Assembly: GCA_030141605.1 (NCBI GenBank)
Contig: JAQGDQ010002376.1
Span: 22,648 to 39,709 of the forward strand
Length of the DNA: 17,062 nucleotides
Direction: 5' to 3'
Origin: Tubiluchus corallicola
Lineage: Eukaryota > Animalia > Priapulida
Below the pieces are notes generated by a model that did not search any database, was not told where the DNA came from, and saw only the letters and a list, made by a program, of their open reading frames with translations. A program made the translations under genes and the position numbers. This document shows positions 9,540 through 17,062 of this stretch, one piece after another (the stretch's first letter is position 1; each line of letters starts with the position of its first letter).

Positions 9540-10124
9540 CAATGGCGTATCTAGGATATGGCAGGTGCCCTGGGCACCCCTTGAAGGGTGCGCCACTTAA
9601 CAGTTTCTGAAAAAACGAATTTTCTTCAAGATGTATGGTCTGTCTGTCTTTCTGTGTGTGCGAGAAGCATTAGTGTGGCCAGATTGTTAAAGAATTTGAG
9701 TAAATTATTATGTAAAAATATAATTCTTTGGATTACATGACCACATCTCTCCTAAGATCACTGCGCATGCTCAGTAGCAACTGACAAAAAGATCATTCTC
9801 CCACTACCACTGCGCATGCTCAGTAGCAATTGACAGTGAGATCATTCTCCTACTGCCACTGCGCATGCTCAGTAGCAACTGACAGTAAGATCATTCTCCC
9901 ACTATCACTGCGCATGCTCAGTAGCAACTGACAATGAGATCATTCTCCCACAACCACTGCGCATGCTCAGTAGCAACTGACAATGAGATCATTCAACCAC
10001 TACCACTGCGCATGCTCAGTAGCAACTGACAGCAATATTATTCTCTCACAAAAACATCGGTGTGAGATGTTTGGACAGGGAAAAAATTTCCGCGCTGTTC
10101 GTAGGTGGCCTAGATACGCCCCTG
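9540..10124. mobile_element. Non-autonomous DNA transposon with 16-bp TIRs (hAT-like CA...TG termini)
   Basis: Left CAATGGCGTATCTAGG (9540-9555) and right CCTAGATACGCCCCTG (10109-10124) match at 14 of 16 positions when inverted. No clean TSD (GGACGCCG vs AACGCGAC). Confidence 0.75.
9759..10050. repeat. 49-bp tandem repeat, 6 copies, inside the TIR element
   Basis: CACTGCGCATGCTCAGTAGCAAYTGACA... starts at 9759, 9808, 9857, 9906, 9955 and 10004. Confidence 0.97.
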
Positions 10125-10629
10125 AACGCGACCGTGAACGAACACGTTTCTGCTTATGATCGCGCTTGCGTACTACTGACTATCAGAAGAACAGACAGAC
10201 AGACAACGCTTAATGCTTGTCAGTGGTGATTCTGCGCCTAGTTCTTAATAACATGATAACCAAGATGGGCTAAGACTTCACAGTGGCAAATCTTTGAAAG
10301 CAACTGCAATAGGCGAAACCTTCGCGTTCTGATCATTGGCCCCTGTACCTGCAACACATTTCAAACGAGAATTCTTACAGAAAGACAAACAGCTTGCAAA
10401 CAAAATCAAGAGCGACCGTACGACATGCTAGAATTACGAAGCGTCATGAAGCTGCGAAGTCAAAGGTTTTCTAATATTCATTTTGTCGATCCATCCATCA
10501 CAGTGAATTGTCTTTTAACCATTGATAATTATTGAAGCAATTTGTGACACTAATCTCTTTTTTTAAAGCAAACAAATGAAAAAAGAAATCCTTACGTCAT
10601 TTTCATCTAGCAAGTCAAATATAAGTTCA

Positions 10630-10937
10630 TATAGGCAGAGCCTACAGTATAGAAAATTATGCACTAATTATGTATTTACAAAGAAGCCAAAGTGACGAAT
10701 AAACAGACCTGTAGAAAAGAAATTGATACAGTAACAGGTAGCTAAGAGTTTGAAAATAAAGTTAAAGGAATTGAACTACTTTGCACATTAAGAAAAGGCT
10801 TATTGATACAGTAATAGGTAGCTGAGTGTTTGAAAATAAAGTTAATGGAATTGAACTACTTTGCACATTAAGAGAATGCTTATTGATACAGTAATAGATA
10901 GCTAAGTGTTTGTAAATAAAGTTAATGGAATTGAACT
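10630..10937. repeat. Dispersed repeat, copy A, with an internal 80-bp tandem repeat (about 2.7 copies)
   Basis: ATTGATACAGTAA recurs at 10722, 10802 and 10882. The segment 10630-10735 is homologous to 16512-16606 and 17017-17062. Confidence 0.88.
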
Positions 10938-11715
10938 GGTTGTTGTTTGTATAGTGTAGCACTGATGATGACGACAGCTGATTGCTGTTGAAACATTTGC
11001 ACATGTTTTTTAAACGGCTATAAATTAATAAAAGTTATGTTGTTTTAATAATAAATGCTTTGAATTGACTGTATAAATTGACTTACATTTTTGAGTTTTA
11101 CTGCTTTTTACTTGCATGTAGAGAAAATATGTTTTGTTTCTTATCTTTCTTAAATCATCTTATGTTTTACACCCACGCATACATTTGAGATAAAATACCT
11201 CTCTTTACGCTTGAAGTTCCTCCACTAAAGTGAGGTGCTTCCCCGTTTGAGAATTTTTTCAAAATTCCAGGCAGCATGAAAGTTCATTTAACGAGGTTTT
11301 TTTCCAGGCTTCCAGTTAGCAGCAGCTACTTTGCGAGTTTTATACTGTATAACCAAGTCTAAATTAAGTTATACTTGCTGTATTTTTCATATACAAAGTG
11401 CAATTAATAATATTAGTCAATGTAATGTCAGATCTGATTGTTTTTTTAGCAAAGTTCTACTAACCACTGCAAAATTTGAAAATATACGTATATAAAATAA
11501 ATATTTTTCATGAATGTAGCCATCAATGTTGCATTAATAAAACATAAAATCGTCAGTCTGTTAAAAGAGAAATTAAATCTTAGAATTTTATGCTAAAATA
11601 TGTTAATTGTCGTTCGTTAAATAAGAAAGAAGTAATTGAGTAGCTAAATTTAAGACTGAATTCTGTGAGGATTCCTCACGAAAATGGAACGTGCAGTATT
11701 TCTGCCAATGCGCAA

Positions 11716-12021
11716 AATTCCTCACGAGGAGGACGCATAGCTTCTAGCTGACAGCAGAATTCCTCACGAGGAGGACGCATAGCTTCTAGCTGGCAGCAGA
11801 ATTCCTCACGAGGAGGACGCATAGCTTCTAGCTGGCAGCAGAATTCCTCACGAGGAGGACGCATAGCTTCTAGCTGACAGCAGAATTCCTCACGAGGAGG
11901 ACGCATTGCTTCTAGCTGGCAGCAGAATTCCTCACGAGGAGGACGCATAGCTTCTAGCTGGCAGCAGAATTCCTCACGAGGAAGACGCATAGCTTCTAGC
12001 TGGCAGCAGAATTCCTCACGA
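11716..12021. repeat. 42-bp tandem repeat, 7 full copies plus a partial
   Basis: Unit AATTCCTCACGAGGAGGACGCATAGCTTCTAGCTGRCAGCAG. Related CCTCAC and GAATT motifs occur in the flanks at 11659-11682 and 12020-12150. Confidence 0.97.
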
Positions 12022-12502
12022 AGAATTTTGCCGCGTGTCTTCACTGTGAAATTAACTATAGAAAACAATGTATTTCATTTTCATGAGGTATGTCGCAAGG
12101 AATTTCTCCTTGGGGAATTTTCCCGCGCATCCTCACTGTGAAATTGACCGAACCTAAACAGGACTAATCAGTAAAAGTCAACATCCGTCATTGACTTTCT
12201 ACTAAATCTATAAATATTTTGCCGCCAAAAGATAAATATGATTTAAATTAGTTGAACGCTCTGTGTGTTTTTGGATTATAAAGGTGGGGTCACACTAAAA
12301 CGGCAATTATGCTCGTGTGTACGTTAAGGATTATTTTGATGTGGTTAGAGTCTTAGTGTCAAGCATTTGAACGTTGAAGAATTCTATAAACTGAAATAAA
12401 CTTGGCTGTAGACAATGTATGAGAAAAGAGAGAGAGAACAACTGATGAGTTTCGTTTGTGATGTAGTGGTTTATTGACTGACTTTTGATTGGTTTGTTTG
12501 CA

Positions 12503-13362
12503 GACTAACCGACTGACTCACTGCTGTCTGATTAGGTTGCCTAATTGATTGGGCTGAGTAACTGACTGACTGATTGACTGACTGACAGACTGACAGACAG
12601 ACTGACTGACTGACTGACTGACTCACTGCTGTCTGACTAGGTTGCCTAATTGATTGGGCTGAGTAACTGACTGACTGACTGACTGACTGATTGATTGACT
12701 GACTGACTGACTGACTGACTGACTGACTGACTGACTGACTGACTGACTGACTGACTGACTGACTGACTGACTAACTCACTGCTGTCTGATTAGGTTGCCT
12801 AATTGATTGGGCTAAGTAACTGACTGACTGACTGACTGACTGACTGACTGACTGACTGACTGACTGACTGACTGACTGACTGACTGACTCACTCACTGCT
12901 GTCTGATTAGGTTGCCTAGTTGATTGGGCTAAGTAACTGACTGACTGACTGACTGACTGACTCACTGCTGTCTGACTAGGTTGCCTAATTGATTGGGCTA
13001 AGTAACTGACTGACTGACTAACCGACTGACTCACTGCTGTCTGATTAGGTTGCCTAGTTGATTGGGCTAAGTAACTGACTGACTGACTGGCTCACTGCTG
13101 TCTGACTAGGTTGCCTAATTGATTGGGCTAAGTAACTGACTGACTGACTGACTGACTGACTGACTGACTGACTGACTGACTGACTGACTGACTGACTGAC
13201 TGACTAACTCACTGCTGTCTGATTAGGTTGCATAATTGATTGGGCTAAGTAACTGACTGACTGACTGACTGACTGACTGACTGACTGACTGACTGAGTGA
13301 CTGACTGAGTGACTGACTGACTGACTGACTGACTGACTGACTGACTGACTGACTCACTGACT
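12503..13362. repeat. Composite satellite: 8 copies of a 43-bp core separated by variable-length (GACT)n tracts
   Basis: Core CACTGCTGTCTGAYTAGGTTGCCTARTTGATTGGGCTRAGTAA at 12519, 12624, 12777, 12894, 12963, 13032, 13093 and 13210. Confidence 0.97.
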
Positions 13363-13647
13363 CATTCACTAATTAGCCGACTGAATTACTCACTGACTAA
13401 GTGGCCGACTAAGGTTGAGCAAGGGAGTAACTAAGCAAGCGACTGAGTGACCACATGTGAGCGTATGAGTGAGAGATCAATCTCTCCCCACCCAAGCAGC
13501 TGGGATGGTATCAGTTCTCCTCAGAGGTCAGGTTGGCCCTATAATGGCTTCACTGCACAACAATCCTCCTTTATCCCTCGGCTCAGCATAAGCTTCAGCC
13601 TTAAACGTGTGCAGCAGATGCCGCGAGCACTCATTCGTCTGCTGAGC

Positions 13648-13661
13648 GTTACCATGGCAAC
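13648..13661. promoter_or_regulatory. RFX X-box consensus site
   Basis: GTTACCATGGCAAC is one base off the perfect palindrome GTTGCCATGGCAAC and lies in a unique higher-GC island. Confidence 0.35.
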
Positions 13662-14061
13662 AGAGGTGGGTTTTACAGATCAAGAAAGAACTGCAAGAAT
13701 TTCTGAAACTCTGTACTGTACCGAAGGATTGTCCAGTACTCATGATACGTGCTTGCCACACAAGTTAAGCAACACTGAGCGTTGGTACAAAATGGTGGGT
13801 GATTGTTGGGAAACTCGCCTGGGAACTCATTCATTGGGGCACAACTTATGCAGCGTATATCATAATAGGGTTAAACATTTTCATCAAATCAATATATTTA
13901 AATAATTAAGGACTAATTAATTTACTTAATAATGATTAAAATTCTTGCCAATTCCTTATAACAATTCACATTCGCTACAAACGTACAGTTTAATAAAATT
14001 TAAATTTCAATTCTAAGAAGTTTTAATTTCAGTTTCAATGACAATTCAATGTGCATATCAT

Positions 14062-14400
14062 TTAACCCCTTCATACCCGTTGTATCCCATGGGATACGAG
14101 AATATTTTCTGCCTTTAAAATTAATAAAATTTTAAAACTGACAGTTATTTGATCTTTAATAGTTATTTTGATTTAAGCCAATAACAGTAGACTAAAAATG
14201 GTGATAAAATGGCAAACTAGAAAATCTACATAGCATAAAAAACTGCGCAAGGTACAGTACTTTAGAGACGACTTTGTACAGATCAGTATAGCGTGCATAC
14301 TAAATGTCTTAAATACTTTAAAAAATTATCAGCAGTTGCAAAATGAAGCACATTTTATGCTTCCATTGAATCCCAATGTATCCCGTGGGATACAGGCTAT
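14062..14400 (+). mobile_element. piggyBac-like element end (TTAA|CCC) with repeated subterminal palindrome
   Basis: TTAA|CCCCTTCAT at 14062. GTATCCCATGGGATAC at 14082-14097 recurs as GTATCCCGTGGGATAC at 14378-14393. I did not find the matching other end. Confidence 0.55.
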
Positions 14401-14458
14401 ATTTAGCACGCAGGCACAGGTAGAAAAAAATAATTATTATATGTAAACAAGATTATCA

Positions 14459-15498
14459 TTATCACATTGTTTTCCTTGCCAACATCCGAATAAACTTTTC
14501 TATCTTACCTTTCAACGTGATTTCCCAATTTCACAGAATCATAATTACATTGTTAAGTTATCACATTGTTTTCCTTGTTAATATCCGAATAAACTTTTCT
14601 CTCTTACCTTTCAACGTGATTTCCCAATTTCACAGAATCATAATTACATTATTACATTATCACATTGTTTTCCTTGTTAATGTCCGAACAAACCTTTCTC
14701 TCTTACTTCTCTCTTACCTTTCAACGTGATTTCACAATTTCACAGACTCATGATTACATTGTTAACTTATCACATTGTTTTCCTTGCTAATATCCGAATA
14801 AACTTTTCTATCTTACCCTTCAACGTGATTTCCCAATTTCACAGAATCATTATTACATTGTTACATTATCACATTGTTTTCCTTGCTAATATCCGAATAA
14901 ACTTTTCTCTCTTACCTTTCAACGTGATTTCCCAATTTCACAGAATCATAATTACATTATTACATTATCACATTGTTTTCCTTGTTAATATCCGAATAAA
15001 CCTTTCTCTCTTACCTTTCAACGTGATTTCCCAATTTCACAGAATCATAATTACATTATTACATTATCACATTGTTTTCCTTGTTAATATCCGAATAAAC
15101 CTTTCTCTCTTACCTTTCAACGTGATTTCCCAATTTCACAGAATCATAATTACATTATTACATTATCACATTGTTTTCCTTGTTAATGTCCGAACAAACC
15201 TTTCTCTCTTACTTCTCTCTTACCTTTCAACGTGATTTCACAATTTCACAGAATCATAATTACATTGTTAACTTATCACATTGTTTTCCTTGCTAATATC
15301 CGAATAAACTTTTCTATCTTACCTTTCAAAGTGATTTCCCAATTTCACAGAATCATGATTACATTATTACATTGTTTTCCTTGTTAATATCCGAATAAAC
15401 TTTTCTCTCTTACCTTTCAACGTGATTTCACAATTTCACAGAATCATGATTACATTGTTACATTATCACATTGTTTTCCTTGCTAATATCCTAATAAA
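14459..15498. repeat. 99-bp tandem repeat, about 10.5 copies
   Basis: ATCACATTGTTTTCCTTGYTAATATCCGAATAAAC...CAACGTGATTTCCCAATTTCACAGAATC with a period of 99. Two units carry the same 11-bp duplication TTCTCTCTTAC. Confidence 0.98.
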
Positions 15499-16511
15499 CA
15501 ATCAAAACAACAATCAGCAATTTTCGCGGGGTTTAGTTAATCTTTTGTTTACGAGTCTAACAGCATGAATTGTTTACTCTATTTACAACACGTTCAAGAA
15601 TCAATACAAGCGAGGCAAAATCTGGAAGAGAAATCTATCTTTCGCTTCCCAAACCACTCGCATACCAACAACATGATCCCACGCTAAGGAAAGATGTATT
15701 TTAGTGCCCTATCACTTAGAGGAAATGACGTCATTTCCGCTATACAGTCAAATACCAGGAGCGCATTCGTAACAAAGCTATCTTAGTTTCGAAGGTACGT
15801 GTTGCTTTGAGTCAGATGATGAAAAAGATTTAGGTCATTTGTGGTTTATAATTAATTGTGTATGAAGCCAAGTTGGGGAGGCCCTCTAAAGAGACGTCTG
15901 CCCTTCTGTGTTGCCCATAATACCCGTATCAAAACATTTCTTTGCTTCATGTGTGATTAATATTGTAAACTAGCGGGATTTATTTAGAGACATAAATCCA
16001 GCCCTGACGTCACGTGATCAATCCCAGGTCAAGCCTTCAACGACAAGTGAGCATTCATGCCAAGTGACGTCGTCTGACGTCACTTACCCAATGGACGCTG
16101 GTGACTTCTACGCATTCTTTAGTTTAAAGTGCACCCAATTCATCAATGCCATTATACTTTAGTTCCTGCATGCATAGTTTGTTTCTTCAGTAACCTGGAT
16201 ACGCCCTGCAGTCGTAAATCCTCCCCACGGGGAAGCCGAATATCCTGAACACGTGAAGCCAAGTCTTGTTAGTTTTTCCATATTTGATCCAGATGTTACG
16301 CACATTGGCACTCGACTACTGTTTATAATCTGCTTAGCTCACAAAATACAGGAAATAGTACAAAGCACATTTGTGGACATCGGACGCCATTTTGTAGTAT
16401 AATGGCATTGTAGATGACGCTGCAAATACGTGGAATCATTACTTAACAATGAAGATGATATAGGAAAAATAGGAAATATTTTATCCAAAATAAAACATAC
16501 AACCAGTTTAT

Positions 16512-17062
16512 ATAGGCAGAACCTATTATGCACTAATTAAGTAGTTAACTGAAGCCAAATAGGTAATGAATAAGCAGACTAGTAGAAAGAAATTGATACA
16601 GTAACTTATTAATTATGTATTTATAAAAGCTAAATAGGTAATGAATAAACAGACCAGTAAAGAAATTGATACAGTAGCTTAAGCACTAATTATGTCTTTA
16701 TAAAAACCAAATAGGTAATGAATAAGCAGACTAGTAGAAAGAAATTGATACAGTAACTTATTAATTATGTATTTATAAAAGCTAAATAGGTAATGAATAA
16801 ACAGACCAGTAAAGAAATTGATACAGTAGCTTAAGCACTAATTATGTCTTTATAAAAACCAAATAGGTAATGAATAAGCAGACTAGTAGAAAGAAATTGA
16901 TACAGTAACTTATTAATTATGTATTTATAAAAGCTAAATAGGTAATGAATAAACAGACCAGTAAAGAAATTGATACAGTAGCTTAAGCACTAATTATGTC
17001 TTTATAAAAACCAAATAGGTAATGAATAAACAGACCTGTAGAAAAGAAACTGATACAGTAAC
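16512..17062. repeat. Dispersed repeat, copy B: 152-bp dimeric (75+77 bp) tandem array reaching the window end
   Basis: AGGTAATGAATAAGCAGACT at 16561, 16713 and 16865, with a variant in phase at 17017. The alternate monomer AGGTAATGAATAAACAGACCAG starts at 16636 and every 152 bp after. Confidence 0.95.

Noticed and set aside
11676-12068. 130-aa PPREEFCCQLEAMR repeat ORF
   Set aside because: Translation of the 42-bp repeat with a non-ATG start and no independent coding evidence.
12503-13362. CRISPR array
   Set aside because: Spacers are GACT microsatellite rather than unique sequence, there are no cas genes, and the context is eukaryotic.
14517-15235. Hydrophobic 33-aa repeat ORFs
   Set aside because: Frames are broken by 11-bp insertions and a deletion within the 99-bp array, as expected for a non-coding satellite.

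Overview
Repeat-rich, AT-rich eukaryotic DNA that looks like an invertebrate animal genome. No prokaryotic operons, CRISPR arrays or rRNA are visible. The one well-supported gene is on the minus strand: CDS 6573-7355 encodes a 260-aa aerolysin-like beta-pore-forming protein (ETX/MTX2, LIN-24-like). A full two-exon model can be read for it: CCAAT box at 9412, TATA box at 9344-9350, exon 1 at about 9172-9320, a GT-AG intron at 7383-9171, and tandem AATAAA at 5746-5757. Its coding exon is bracketed by two inverted copies of a 50-bp head plus (CT)n element, and its intron holds a 1.17-kb foldback element. Convergent with it, bases 1-2434 are a near-perfect 72-bp tandem array. Its long open frame reads as about 34 Cys-containing leucine-rich repeats (LxxLxLxxCxxLxxL) running into a unique C-terminus, which suggests a possible LRR sensor plus pore-forming effector pair (hypothesis only). 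The rest is mini- and microsatellites (21, 22, 29, 42, 49, 80, 99 and 152 bp units; CT/GA; GACT) and non-autonomous DNA transposon remnants. Most other ORFs in the track are repeat artefacts.
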